Assembly (NCBI GenBank): GCA_045649205.1
Contig: JAZRPJ010000179.1
Span: forward strand, 1-44,726
Reading direction: 5' to 3'
Source of the DNA: Candidatus Flemingiibacterium sp.
GTDB taxonomy: Bacteria; Bacillota; Clostridia; Oscillospirales; CAG-272
Length of the DNA stretch: 44,726 nucleotides
Part shown: one piece after another, positions 18,796-28,074 of the stretch
Position numbering within the stretch: the stretch's first letter is position 1
Layout: each line of letters opens with the position of its first letter
The notes under the pieces: generated by a model
What the model was told of the DNA's origin: nothing
The model's database searches: none
Seen by the model: only the letters and a program-made list of their open reading frames with translations
Program-made: the position numbers and the translations under genes

Positions 18796-21054
18796 TTACA
18801 TGGATGCCGGGTTTATATCAACGGATATCGCCGCCGCCTTTGAGGGCTTTGGGAAAGCCTCGATAAGCGAATTTATCATGGCACGCACCCGTTTTGTCAC
18901 CTGACATTTTATTATTATTCTCATTCTGAAAACATTATTAACTTTATAAACCGGCGCTTCAAAAGGTCCGAAAATGTACGTCGGTATATCGGAATACTCC
19001 GATGCGAGAGCCTCACGAAGCTTCTTGTCAAGCTCCAGCGACATTTCAAGCACCGCTTTTTCATCCTCACCGTGGATTCCGAGAAGCACAAACTCGCAGA
19101 AAGGCGGAAATTTAAGCTGTTTTCGCAGTTTTATGGCGCTTTCATAAAATCTGCGGTAATCCTGAACGGCGGCTAAATTTATAGTTTCATTATCCGGTGA
19201 GTAGGTTTGAATGATCGCTCTGCCCGGCTTATCTGCGCGTCCTGCCCTGCCGATGACCTGGGTAAGAAGCGCAAAGGTCCGCTCGGTCGCCTTATAGTCA
19301 TCAAGGTAGAGAGCACTGTCAGCGTTGATTATGCCAACCAAGGTTACATCCGGGAAATTATGCCCTTTCGTAACCATCTGGGTTCCGATAAGTATGTCCG
19401 CTTTATGCTCGCGAAACCTTGAAAGTATGGTATCGTGGGAGAATTTTCCGCTTGTGGCGTCCGCATCGAGGCGAAGTATGCGAGCTTCGGGGAATAGGGC
19501 ATGAATCTCCTCTGCCACAAGCTGTGTACCGAATCCGCGTCTGCCGATATGCTCGGAGGCGCATTGGGGGCAAAGGTCGGGTACAGTCCTCGTATAGCCG
19601 CAGTAGTGGCATTTTAATAAATCCCCGTCCGCTTCCCTGTGATATGTAAGAGAAACAGAGCAGTTGGGGCAGGTTATGACCTCGCCGCACTTAAGGCAGC
19701 TCAAAAAGTTATTATATCCGCGCCTGCTGACAAAAAGTATTGACTGCTCGCCTTTTTTAAGATTTTCGGCAAGCTCTTCGCGCAGTATTTCTCCGATAGG
19801 GGTGATCTGACCTTTTACGGCATCCCTTCGCAGGTCGGCAATTATTACCTCGGGCAGTATGGAATTGCCGTACCGCTCATCAAGGGTTACAAGAGAATAA
19901 ATTTCCTCCCTTGCTCGATAATAGGACTCAAGTGAGGGGGTCGCCGAGGCAAGAAGCATCAGCGCATTATTCTTTGCGGCACGGTATCTGGCAATATCAC
20001 GGGTGTGATATTTGGGGTTCATATCCGATTTGTAGGTATGCTCCTGCTCCTCATCAATGACTATCATTCCAAGGTTATCAAGGGGAGCGAAAATCGCCGA
20101 GCGTGTACCTATAACCACATCAACATCGTGAGCACGGATACGCTTCCATGCGTCCGCTTTTTCTCCCTCGGAGAGGGATGAATGAAGAACCGCCACACGG
20201 CTTCCGAAGAATCCGCAGAACAAATCCACCGTCTGTCCCGTCAAGGATATTTCGGGAACAAGCACAATAACCGAACGTCCGTCGGCAATTACGCTGTCAA
20301 TAACCGATTTTATAACTCTGGTCTTGCCGCTGCCGGTAACCCCGTAAAGCAGGGCTGCGCATGGCTCTTTCGACGTGGCAAGCTTCGAAAGCTCCAATGC
20401 AGCGGCGGATTGTTTTTCACTTAATGTGTTATCATCGCTTACAATTCCCCGTCCGGCGTAGGGGTTTCTGTAAATTTCACACTCGCGCATGGAAAGAAGC
20501 CCTTTTGTGACCATATTTTTAAGAGTCGTCTTCGATACGCCTGCTTTACCGGAAAGCTCGTTTTCGGAATATTCCACGTCGCGTGACATATACTCAGCGG
20601 CTTTTTTCTCGGCTGAACCAAGTCTGATTCCGGAGAAATCCGTCAATGCACGGTAGTATCTTTCCTTCGGGTCGCGCTTCGGTTTAAAGAGATTCCCCAT
20701 AGCTCCGCCGGGAAGGATCGTGGAAACTGCCTCTCCATAGGAACAAAAGGTGCGTTCTCTTAAAAACGCACAAAGCCCGAGCAGCTCCTCGGACAAAGAA
20801 AACCGCTCATCCGCAGTGGCAAGCACGGGCTTTAAATTCTCATATTCCGAATGATCGGAAAGCTCGGTGACAAGAGCAGTCCTTTTTACACCGCCCTTTG
20901 ATGTTGCTCCGAACCCCACCATAACAAGAGAACCCTTTTTGACTTTCCCCACAAACTCCGGTGGAACAAGGTAGTCAAACGGCTTATCCGCCAAATACGG
21001 AAGCTCAAGTATTCTTACCCTCGCAACACGGGCGGATTCAAATTCCGATGCCAT
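18796..21054 (-). CDS. priA: Primosomal replication-restart helicase PriA
   Basis: GVTGSGKT Walker A, DEEQ box, and Cys-rich zinc motifs (CLKCGEVITCPNCS...CHYCG...CPQC). Confidence 0.92.
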   Translation of the reverse strand: MASEFESARVARVRILELPYLADKPFDYLVPPEFVGKVKKGSLVMVGFGATSKGGVKRTALVTELSDHSEYENLKPVLATADERFSLSEELLGLCAFLRERTFCSYGEAVSTILPGGAMGNLFKPKRDPKERYYRALTDFSGIRLGSAEKKAAEYMSRDVEYSENELSGKAGVSKTTLKNMVTKGLLSMRECEIYRNPYAGRGIVSDDNTLSEKQSAAALELSKLATSKEPCAALLYGVTGSGKTRVIKSVIDSVIADGRSVIVLVPEISLTGQTVDLFCGFFGSRVAVLHSSLSEGEKADAWKRIRAHDVDVVIGTRSAIFAPLDNLGMIVIDEEQEHTYKSDMNPKYHTRDIARYRAAKNNALMLLASATPSLESYYRAREEIYSLVTLDERYGNSILPEVIIADLRRDAVKGQITPIGEILREELAENLKKGEQSILFVSRRGYNNFLSCLKCGEVITCPNCSVSLTYHREADGDLLKCHYCGYTRTVPDLCPQCASEHIGRRGFGTQLVAEEIHALFPEARILRLDADATSGKFSHDTILSRFREHKADILIGTQMVTKGHNFPDVTLVGIINADSALYLDDYKATERTFALLTQVIGRAGRADKPGRAIIQTYSPDNETINLAAVQDYRRFYESAIKLRKQLKFPPFCEFVLLGIHGEDEKAVLEMSLELDKKLREALASEYSDIPTYIFGPFEAPVYKVNNVFRMRIIIKCQVTKRVRAMINSLIEAFPKPSKAAAISVDINPASM

Positions 21055-21338
21055 TAGTTGAATTCTCTTAATGTGATAGAGGATTCGTCAATTCTGTATT
21101 CGCCCTGATGAAGTCTGTTGATAGCGTTCTTGACCGCTTTTTCGTCGCGGATATCGCGCTTTATCATGGATGCAAGGCTCTTATCCGTTTCCTTGCTTGC
21201 GATAAGCTTTTCAGCCTGCTCACGCTGGTTCACATATTCATCGGTAACGATGCGTGCGCATTTTGCAGTAGCGATGCAAAGGATATAACGGTTAAATCTT
21301 CCGTTCTGACCAAGTTCTTCAACTGATGGGTAAATCAT
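21054..21338 (-). CDS. rpoZ: DNA-directed RNA polymerase subunit omega
   Basis: MIYPSVEEL...NRYILCIATAKCAR is typical of Firmicutes omega. The ATG at 21338 is 7 nt after GGAG. Its stop overlaps the priA ATG (TAATG). Confidence 0.85.
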   Translation of the reverse strand: MIYPSVEELGQNGRFNRYILCIATAKCARIVTDEYVNQREQAEKLIASKETDKSLASMIKRDIRDEKAVKNAINRLHQGEYRIDESSITLREFN

Positions 21339-21387
21339 AATTTTCTCCAATCTGCCGTCTTATTGCGGCTCCGTTAAGTAATTGTTT

Positions 21388-22002
21388 CTATCTTCCAAAG
21401 AAGGAATTTACAAATTCCTCTGCCCGTGAAACACGGTGCTTTTCGGCGTTGACTATATTTATAATCGTCCTTGCCGCCTCGTCGATCATACCGTCGCCAT
21501 TGACGACCATATAATCGTATTCAGTAAGCTTCGCAAGCTCTGCCTTCGAGGTTTCAAGTCGATTTGTGATAACCTCATCCGGCACATCGTCCCCCCGTCC
21601 GCGAAGCCGACGCTCTAAAGTGGGATAATCCGGCGGTGCTATCATCAGCATGAGGGCATCGGGGCATTTTCTCTTTATCTGCATCGCCCCTGCCACCTCA
21701 ATTTCGAGGATGACGTTCTTACCTGCAGCAAGGTTGTCATAGACCTCTTTTTTCGGTGTACCGTAGTAATTGCCGCAGTATTCGGCATGTTCAAGCATCA
21801 TATCCGATGCGATTCGTCCCTCAAATTCATCTCGGGTGATGAAGTAGTAATTAACCCCGTCAATCTCCCCTGCACGGGGTGCACGGGTGGTCGCCGAAAC
21901 CGAATACACGAAATCCGGTGAAAGTTCCATAAGCCGCTTGATTACCGTTCCCTTTCCGCTTCCCGACGGACCCGATATTACAAGTAGTATTCCTTTTTTC
22001 AT
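21388..22002 (-). CDS. gmk: Guanylate kinase
   Basis: LLVISGPSGSGKGT P-loop, SATTRAPRxGE and YYGT motifs. The ATG at 22002 lies downstream of the remA stop; the longer track ORF overlaps remA. Confidence 0.92.
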   Translation of the reverse strand: MKKGILLVISGPSGSGKGTVIKRLMELSPDFVYSVSATTRAPRAGEIDGVNYYFITRDEFEGRIASDMMLEHAEYCGNYYGTPKKEVYDNLAAGKNVILEIEVAGAMQIKRKCPDALMLMIAPPDYPTLERRLRGRGDDVPDEVITNRLETSKAELAKLTEYDYMVVNGDGMIDEAARTIINIVNAEKHRVSRAEEFVNSFFGR

Positions 22003-22015
22003 GCTACATTCACCT

Positions 22016-22282
22016 TTATGACAGCTCTTCTTCCTCATCCTCCGCGGTTTCATCGCTGAGTCTGTTGGAAATGGTTTCTGCCTGGAATGCGGATAGAATG
22101 ACGTGCTCGCTGTCTGTAATAATTGCGGCTCTTGTACGCTTGCCGCAGGTTACATCGATGGCTCTGCCGCTGTCCTTTGCATCCTGCACGAGTCTTTTAA
22201 TTGGCGCGCTGTCGGGGCTGACTACTGCAACTACTCTCTCTGCGGCAACCATGTTGCCGAAGCCTACGTTTATAAATTTCAT
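22016..22282 (-). CDS. remA: DUF370 / RemA-family regulatory protein
   Basis: [36 protein letters not shown]...[12 protein letters not shown] closely resembles the B. subtilis RemA/YlzA pattern. Its position between yicC and gmk is conserved. Confidence 0.85.
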   Translation of the reverse strand: MKFINVGFGNMVAAERVVAVVSPDSAPIKRLVQDAKDSGRAIDVTCGKRTRAAIITDSEHVILSAFQAETISNRLSDETAEDEEEELS

Positions 22283-22315
22283 TTTATTTTCCTCTTTTCG
22301 AGAAGTAAGGGAGTC

Positions 22316-23209
22316 TTACTCTAAATTCTGAAGCTGTTCGCGGATCTTTTCAAGCTCGCTCTTTATATCTACAACCATAGCGGCAATTTCCACGCTCTGC
22401 GCCTTTGAACCGATGGTGTTGGTTTCGCGGTTCATTTCCTGCATGAGGAAATCGAGCTTTCTGCCTACCGGCTCCGAAGCTTTGAAAATTTCACGCATGG
22501 CATCGAAGTGACAGCCAAGCCTTACAAGCTCCTCGTCAATGGCAACTCTGTCGGCGTAAATGGCACATTCGGTAAGCACCATATTAGGATTAAGCTCAAC
22601 CATATTGTCGGCAAGCAGACTCTTGAGTCTTTCCTCAAATTTCTGATGATAGCTTGCGATCTCCACCTCGGAGTGTTCCTTAATTTTTGCCGCAATTCCC
22701 TCGATTTTTTCCAGCTTTTCAAGGATGTCAGCCTTAAGACGCTCGCCCTCGGTTTCACGCACCCTAAGAAATGCCTCGATAGCCTCGTCAAGCACCGGTT
22801 CTATCATCAGCCAATCCCTCTCGGCATCCTCCTCCGGCTTTGAAACGACGAAAACATCGTTGTTTCTCGCAACGCTCATCACGGAAATGTCATCTTTAAG
22901 TCCAAATTCGTCGCGGAGCTTCCTTAAAGCCGCAATGTAGCTTTCCGTATAAGCGCGGTCAATATCAACGCTCACACCTACATTCTCGACCACTTCAACG
23001 CCCACATATACATCAACTTTTCCGCGAGAAATGCCCTTTGTCTGGACATATCTGCGGATACGGTCCTCGAGGAAAGTGTATGCCCTTGAAATTTTGACCG
23101 TGCAGTCAAGGTAGCGGTTGTTAACGCTTTTTAGTTCCGCTGTTATATTTTTACCGTCGGAAGGGGAGCATTTTGTTGCCCGTCCGAAAGCGGTCATACT
23201 GCGTACCAT
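22316..23209 (-). CDS. yicC: YicC/YloC-family protein
   Basis: MVRSMTAFGRA N-terminus and the C-terminal QEMNRETNTIGSK motif are typical of YicC. Confidence 0.85.
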   Translation of the reverse strand: MVRSMTAFGRATKCSPSDGKNITAELKSVNNRYLDCTVKISRAYTFLEDRIRRYVQTKGISRGKVDVYVGVEVVENVGVSVDIDRAYTESYIAALRKLRDEFGLKDDISVMSVARNNDVFVVSKPEEDAERDWLMIEPVLDEAIEAFLRVRETEGERLKADILEKLEKIEGIAAKIKEHSEVEIASYHQKFEERLKSLLADNMVELNPNMVLTECAIYADRVAIDEELVRLGCHFDAMREIFKASEPVGRKLDFLMQEMNRETNTIGSKAQSVEIAAMVVDIKSELEKIREQLQNLE

Positions 23210-23268
23210 CTTTTTTATTCCTTTCGCAAATTACATTTTCTGCAAGAAAACATTACTATACACTATAT

Positions 23269-23297
23269 ATTATACCTCAAAAGAAACCGTTTGTCAA
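23269..23297 (-). promoter_or_regulatory. Promoter of the yicC...thiN cluster
   Basis: On the minus strand: perfect TTGACA (23297-23292), 17 nt, TATAAT (23274-23269). Confidence 0.6.
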
Positions 23298-23371
23298 CCG
23301 AAAAAGTTCATTTTTATCGAAAACTGCGAGCTTTTTTCGGGATTTTTTGTGTTTTCGAGAGGATGCTACAA

Positions 23372-23401
23372 AAATAGAAAAGGAGCGGTGAAACCGCTCC
23401 T
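23372..23401 (-). terminator. Intrinsic terminator after the aldose-epimerase gene pair
   Basis: On the minus strand: AGGAGCGG-tttca-CCGCTCCT followed by TTTCTATTTT. Confidence 0.6.
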
Positions 23402-23412
23402 CAAAAATGTAT

Positions 23413-24324
23413 TTATATCTTTTCAAACAAAAGATCAAGATAGAACTTGATATTTTCATCCGGTTTGATCTGTCTGTATGTAAAATTATCGTCAAGAGTC
23501 GTGGTGCATGGCTCGATTCCGAGAGCGTAGTCGCCGGCTACCGGACTACTCCACTGAACAAAGCTCGGAAGGGTATCAATCGAGTAAGAAACGGTCGCCT
23601 TCTTGCCGAGCTTCTTGTTGATAACTTCAGCCTTGCCTTCTGCCATATCAAGGAAATAGCAGCGCTCCTCATCGTTCACAATAGGAGCATCAAATAGGGG
23701 CTGATTTGCCAGATGCTTCTTGGCGTGCTCGCTTCTTGCCCACATGTTTTTGTAGTTCGTGACGATCTCCACACCCTCGTCAAGCATGGGATAACCGAAG
23801 TTTGTATGATAAAGCAGGCAGTAATCCTCGGTCTTTGTTCCTCTGTTAACGAGCGTATCGTCAACGTGGACTCTGTTCTCCTTCGGATAGAGGGTAACGA
23901 CTCTCTTCATCGCAAGATTCTTTCCGAAAAGTGCAGATTCTTCAATAAGTGCGGTTACTTCAAGCCTATCCTCATCATCTATAAGGCTGATAACCTTGGC
24001 AGGGGTATTGTGGTGAGTTCCGTGAAGCACGAAGCCCTCCCGTCCGCCCATGGAATCAAGTCCGCAGGTGTAGAGCATACCGCCCTCGAAGCGTTCGAGA
24101 AAGTCGATTTCTCTTGCAGTGAAGCCATTCTTTGATACAAAGCTCATATTCTGTCCCTCATACCAAAGCTGCATGATATCAAGCGCCTTGCTTTCGTTGA
24201 GAAGCACGCGAATATCGCCGCCTGCCATTTCAATTACGCGAAGCCCCGCTTCCTTTCCGTCGGTCAAAGTGTAACGGCGGATGTAAGCATTCTGAAGGGC
24301 ATTATTAATTCTTCCGTCTTTCAT
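23413..24324 (-). CDS. Aldose-1-epimerase-fold protein (DUF4432-like)
   Basis: About 300 aa. The GLDSMGG...LHGTHHNTPA and YHTNFGYP segments resemble the mutarotase superfamily. RBS AGGAG lies upstream. Confidence 0.6.
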   Translation of the reverse strand: MKDGRINNALQNAYIRRYTLTDGKEAGLRVIEMAGGDIRVLLNESKALDIMQLWYEGQNMSFVSKNGFTAREIDFLERFEGGMLYTCGLDSMGGREGFVLHGTHHNTPAKVISLIDDEDRLEVTALIEESALFGKNLAMKRVVTLYPKENRVHVDDTLVNRGTKTEDYCLLYHTNFGYPMLDEGVEIVTNYKNMWARSEHAKKHLANQPLFDAPIVNDEERCYFLDMAEGKAEVINKKLGKKATVSYSIDTLPSFVQWSSPVAGDYALGIEPCTTTLDDNFTYRQIKPDENIKFYLDLLFEKI

Positions 24325-24344
24325 GTTGATATTCTCCTAATAGT

Positions 24345-25232
24345 TTATACAAGCACCTTTACAGTGTAGCCAACGGAATATTCCTTACCTACATCAAGCT
24401 TGATTGCGTAGGGCTTGTCCTCGAAGTTGCCGGTTTCACCGAGATGTGCGGGAAGACCGTTCCAAGGCTCAAGACATACGAAAGGAGCTTTCTTCTTCGG
24501 AGGTGTCCAAACACCGAGAGCATCAAAGCCGTTGAAGTCAAATTCGATACCCTTGCCGGTCACCTTGTGAACGAGCTTTACCTTGCGACTGTCCAGCTTC
24601 TTTGTGAGAAGAACGTCAACGTCGTAGTCGTCATGACAGAGATCCCATTCGTTTGTATTGTTAAGCTTGTCAACGGCACCGAGAGCTGCGTCGATATATC
24701 CGCCGCCGTAGTTTGTGGTATAGATAACATCGGTGTTTTCAACCTTTTCGAAAACAAGCTTGTAATCGGAGAAGCTTTCACCCTCGTTCATGGGGCATCT
24801 GAATCCGGGGTGACCTCCGATGCAGAACCAAATGGGCTTATTATCGGTATTAACTACCTTAAACTCGGTACGGAAGCCCTCGTCGGTAATCGTGTGAGTT
24901 ATGTAGAGGTTAAATTTGTAGGGGTAGAGTGCCATTGTTTCCTCGTTATCGGTGAGAAGGTATACGAGCTTGTCAGCAGCAGCTTCAACAAGTTTGAATT
25001 CCTTCTTTCTTGCAAATCCGTGCTTCATAAGCGGATATGCAACACCCTCAAATTTAACGCTTCCGTCAATGGTGGAGCCTACTGTGGGGAAAAGCACGGG
25101 GGTATGGCTTGCCCAGAATTCGGGGATACCCTCCCATACATATTCCTTTCCGTCAAGCTTGTAGGAAACAAGCTCACCGCCCATGGTGGAACATACTGCC
25201 GATGCACGGGTCGTCTTAATCTCGCTGTTCAT
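24345..25232 (-). CDS. Aldose 1-epimerase family protein (LacX-like)
   Basis: VLFPTVGS, GFAR, GGHPGF and LEPW motifs are typical of galactose-mutarotase-like proteins. RBS AAAGGAG. Confidence 0.72.
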   Translation of the reverse strand: MNSEIKTTRASAVCSTMGGELVSYKLDGKEYVWEGIPEFWASHTPVLFPTVGSTIDGSVKFEGVAYPLMKHGFARKKEFKLVEAAADKLVYLLTDNEETMALYPYKFNLYITHTITDEGFRTEFKVVNTDNKPIWFCIGGHPGFRCPMNEGESFSDYKLVFEKVENTDVIYTTNYGGGYIDAALGAVDKLNNTNEWDLCHDDYDVDVLLTKKLDSRKVKLVHKVTGKGIEFDFNGFDALGVWTPPKKKAPFVCLEPWNGLPAHLGETGNFEDKPYAIKLDVGKEYSVGYTVKVLV

Positions 25233-25260
25233 GTTTTATCTCCTTTTGATTTTATTTGTC

Positions 25261-25289
25261 GGAAATGCCGCTACTAAAGCGGCATTTCC
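25261..25289 (-). other. Perfect 11-bp stem-loop downstream of ftsH, without a U-tract
   Basis: GGAAATGCCGC (25261-25271), 7-nt loop, GCGGCATTTCC (25279-25289). The transcribed strand is A-rich after the stem, so this is not a canonical terminator. Confidence 0.35.
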
Positions 25290-25298
25290 CTATTTAGT

Positions 25299-27287
25299 TC
25301 AGTCTTTGATCCTTGGTTCATCCGAATCGGTTTCAGCTTTTTCAGATTCAGCCTGTGCCTCCGCCTCTTTTGCTTTGGCTTCATTTTCTTCAGCCTTGAC
25401 GCGGTTTTCGGATTCACTTCTGCGCTTCTTTTCAGCGGTCATTTCCTCAAGCTCCTCTATAGTGGGATTCCCTTCCATAGCAGCCTTGAACTGATCTTCG
25501 TCCATGATCTCGTTCTTCATGAGGAATTCTGCGATAAAGTGAAGCTTATCCACATTTTCCTTGAGGATTTCCATGGCCTTATCGTAAGCACCATTCACTA
25601 TGCGCTTGATCTCATTGTCGATAAGGGTTGCGGTATCCTCGGAATAGTTTCTCGATGTGTTAAAATCACGTCCCAGAAATACTTCGTCGCTGTTATGCTC
25701 CGAGCCGTATACGATCGGTCCGAGAACGTCGCTCATACCGTACTTTGTAACCATATTGCGTGCAATTCCCGTGGCGCGCTGAATGTCGTTTGATGCACCG
25801 GTACAGATATCGCCGATGATCAGCTTTTCCGCAACCCGTCCGCCGAGAAGGGATACGATCTCGTTCTCCATATCGCTCTTTGAAAGATGTGAGCGATCCT
25901 TAACGGGAAGAGGCAACGTATAACCTGCCGCACGTCCTGCGGGAATAATCGAAATCTGATGAACAACCTCATTAGGCTGGAGCTTTTTCATGACAATAGC
26001 ATGACCTGCCTCGTGATATGCGGTGATACGCTTATCCTCGTCATTTACCACCTTGGACTTCTTGTTAGGACCGACAATTACTTTGATCATCGCCTCTTCA
26101 AGGTCATTCATACCGATAAGGCTCTTATTTCGGCGAGCCGCAAGAAGTGCCGCCTCGTTGAGGAGATTTTCAAGATCCGCACCGGTGAAGCCAACGGTAG
26201 TTTTTGCCACGGTTGCAAGGTCAACGCTGTCTTCAAAGGGCTTGCCCTTCGCGTGCACCTTGAGGATCTCTTCTCTGCCCTTTACATCAGGATAGTTAAC
26301 TGTGATCTGACGGTCGAAACGTCCGGGGCGAAGGAGCGCCGGGTCAAGAATATCGGGACGGTTGGTCGCCGCCATAACGATCACACCATCGTTCCCGCCG
26401 AAGCCGTCCATTTCAACGAGGAGCTGGTTAAGGGTCTGCTCACGCTCATCGTGACCGCCGCCAAGACCTGCGCCGCGGTGACGTCCCACAGCATCAATTT
26501 CGTCGATAAACACAATGCTTGCCGGACTTTTCTTTGCCGTGTCAAAAAGGTCACGGACTCTCGATGCGCCCACACCAACATACATTTCCACGAAATCCGA
26601 ACCGGAAATAGAGTAGAACGGAACTCCCGCTTCACCGGCAACTGCCTTTGCAAGGAGAGTCTTACCCGTACCGGGAGGTCCTACGAGGAGAACGCCATGA
26701 GGGATATGTGCACCGAGCTTTGTAAACTTGCCGGGAGCTTTGAGAAATTCGACAACCTCCTGCAGCTCCTCTTTTTCTTCGTCCGCACCGGCAACATCTT
26801 TAAAGTATACTTTTTTCTTTTCGTCAGAACCGAGCTTTGCTCTTGCTTTGCTGAAATTCGCAACCTTATTGCCCTTGCCGCTCATGGGACCAATAACGAC
26901 GAACCAGAAAAACAGAATAAACAAAACCATTAATATGGCATAGGGCATAAAGCTTATCCACCATGCAATTTCACCCGGCTCTGCAATGTTATATCTTTTT
27001 ATTATCCCGCGCTCATACTGATCGGCTACCGTATCAAGATACTGCTCGGTAAAAAGTTCAAGGCTGCGCAGCTTGAAGGTCCATGTCTTACCATCAGTAT
27101 CCTTAATAGTAAGCTTATTTTCACTGTCAATTTCGAACTCCACGACTCTTTCGTTATCGAACAGTGTCTGAATATCGCTTGACAGTGCCTTCTCTCCCGG
27201 CTGTGCGCCGAAAAGTGCCGCCGCGGAAACAAGTATCACTCCGATAAGCACTACATAAAAAATTAGAATTTTATAGTTTGATTTCAT
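25299..27287 (-). CDS. ftsH: ATP-dependent zinc metalloprotease FtsH
   Basis: Two TM helices, GPPGTGKT Walker A, DEID Walker B, the SRH region and the HEAGHA zinc motif. The ATG at 27287 follows GGAG by about 8 nt. The track start at 27380 runs through leader hairpins. The C-terminal 50 aa form a Lys/Glu/Ala-rich tail. Confidence 0.92.
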   Translation of the reverse strand: MKSNYKILIFYVVLIGVILVSAAALFGAQPGEKALSSDIQTLFDNERVVEFEIDSENKLTIKDTDGKTWTFKLRSLELFTEQYLDTVADQYERGIIKRYNIAEPGEIAWWISFMPYAILMVLFILFFWFVVIGPMSGKGNKVANFSKARAKLGSDEKKKVYFKDVAGADEEKEELQEVVEFLKAPGKFTKLGAHIPHGVLLVGPPGTGKTLLAKAVAGEAGVPFYSISGSDFVEMYVGVGASRVRDLFDTAKKSPASIVFIDEIDAVGRHRGAGLGGGHDEREQTLNQLLVEMDGFGGNDGVIVMAATNRPDILDPALLRPGRFDRQITVNYPDVKGREEILKVHAKGKPFEDSVDLATVAKTTVGFTGADLENLLNEAALLAARRNKSLIGMNDLEEAMIKVIVGPNKKSKVVNDEDKRITAYHEAGHAIVMKKLQPNEVVHQISIIPAGRAAGYTLPLPVKDRSHLSKSDMENEIVSLLGGRVAEKLIIGDICTGASNDIQRATGIARNMVTKYGMSDVLGPIVYGSEHNSDEVFLGRDFNTSRNYSEDTATLIDNEIKRIVNGAYDKAMEILKENVDKLHFIAEFLMKNEIMDEDQFKAAMEGNPTIEELEEMTAEKKRRSESENRVKAEENEAKAKEAEAQAESEKAETDSDEPRIKD

Positions 27288-27360
27288 CCCAATCTCCATT
27301 CCGCCGCTGAAGCGGCGCACAAATACAACATGAAATTCAAATGTGTTCGCAGTGCGAACA

Positions 27361-27383
27361 AAAATGGGAGTGTGTCCCATTTT
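27361..27383 (-). terminator. Terminator-like hairpin between hpt and ftsH (terminator or attenuator)
   Basis: AAAATGGGA-n5-TCCCATTTT forms a 9-bp stem whose U-run is paired to an A-run, the bidirectional-terminator style. Confidence 0.4.
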
Positions 27384-27508
27384 TAATTTGAATTTTCAAG
27401 CGTGAAGCAGCCATAGTTTGCATTTATGTTAAATGCTCCTTCACACTGTTACCTCAAGCCTCTCGCAAGCGAAAGGTTATTAACTGAATTATAAGCTCCC
27501 GAATAAAA

Positions 27509-28051
27509 TTACTTCTCGTAAACTTCGGGCTTCAAAATGCCTATGTACGGCAGTGCTCTGTATTTTTCTGCGTAATCAAGACCGTATCCCACCACAAATT
27601 CGTCCGGTATCTCACGTCCGCAGTAATCGGGGACAAAATCGACCACACGTCTTGAAGGCTTGTCAAGCATGGTTGCCGTCTTAACGGATCTTGCACCTTT
27701 CAGGCGCAGATATTCTACAAGATATGAGAGCGTTCGACCGCTGTCAACGATATCCTCAACGACGATTATGTCCGTATCTTCAAGATCCTTTCTGTGAAGG
27801 TCAAGCAGAAGATTGATCGATCCGCCGGATTCAGTAGAAACACCGTATGATGAAACCTTCATAAAATCAATTTCAACGGGAATTTTGACCTTCTTCATAA
27901 GGTCACCCATGAAGACCACCGCGCCCTTGAGAATACAAAGGAGCAGTAGCCGTCTTCCGGCGTAATCCTCGCTGATTCTATCAGCGATCCCGGTCACTAT
28001 TTCGTCAATTTCTTTTTCACTTACAAGTATGGTTTTAATGTCGTCAAGCAT
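27509..28051 (-). CDS. hpt: Hypoxanthine phosphoribosyltransferase
   Basis: The VVEDIVDSGRTL PRPP-binding motif and the size fit Hpt. The ATG at 28051 is preceded by GGAGAAAAAT. Its tilS-hpt-ftsH context is conserved. Confidence 0.9.
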   Translation of the reverse strand: MLDDIKTILVSEKEIDEIVTGIADRISEDYAGRRLLLLCILKGAVVFMGDLMKKVKIPVEIDFMKVSSYGVSTESGGSINLLLDLHRKDLEDTDIIVVEDIVDSGRTLSYLVEYLRLKGARSVKTATMLDKPSRRVVDFVPDYCGREIPDEFVVGYGLDYAEKYRALPYIGILKPEVYEK

Positions 28052-28074
28052 ATTTTTCTCCAAGTTTATAAAAA

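Noticed and set aside
25959-26933. 324-aa ORF antisense to ftsH. Others lie at 24444-25277 (opposite the aldose epimerase gene), 30305-31285 (opposite dnaB/rplI) and 38460-39113 / 39252-39971 (opposite nnr).
   Set aside because: All of them are nested inside genes with strong family motifs on the other strand. They lack RBSs and translate to compositionally odd sequences. I treat them as shadow ORFs.
27337-27423. 28-codon sORF in the ftsH leader ([28 protein letters not shown]) with a His/Cys-rich tail.
   Set aside because: GGAG is 12 nt from the ATG, which is a long spacing. The frame runs straight through three stable hairpins whose palindromic sequence can itself generate the His/Cys codons. 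There is no other support. It is worth re-examining only if ribosome profiling shows occupancy.
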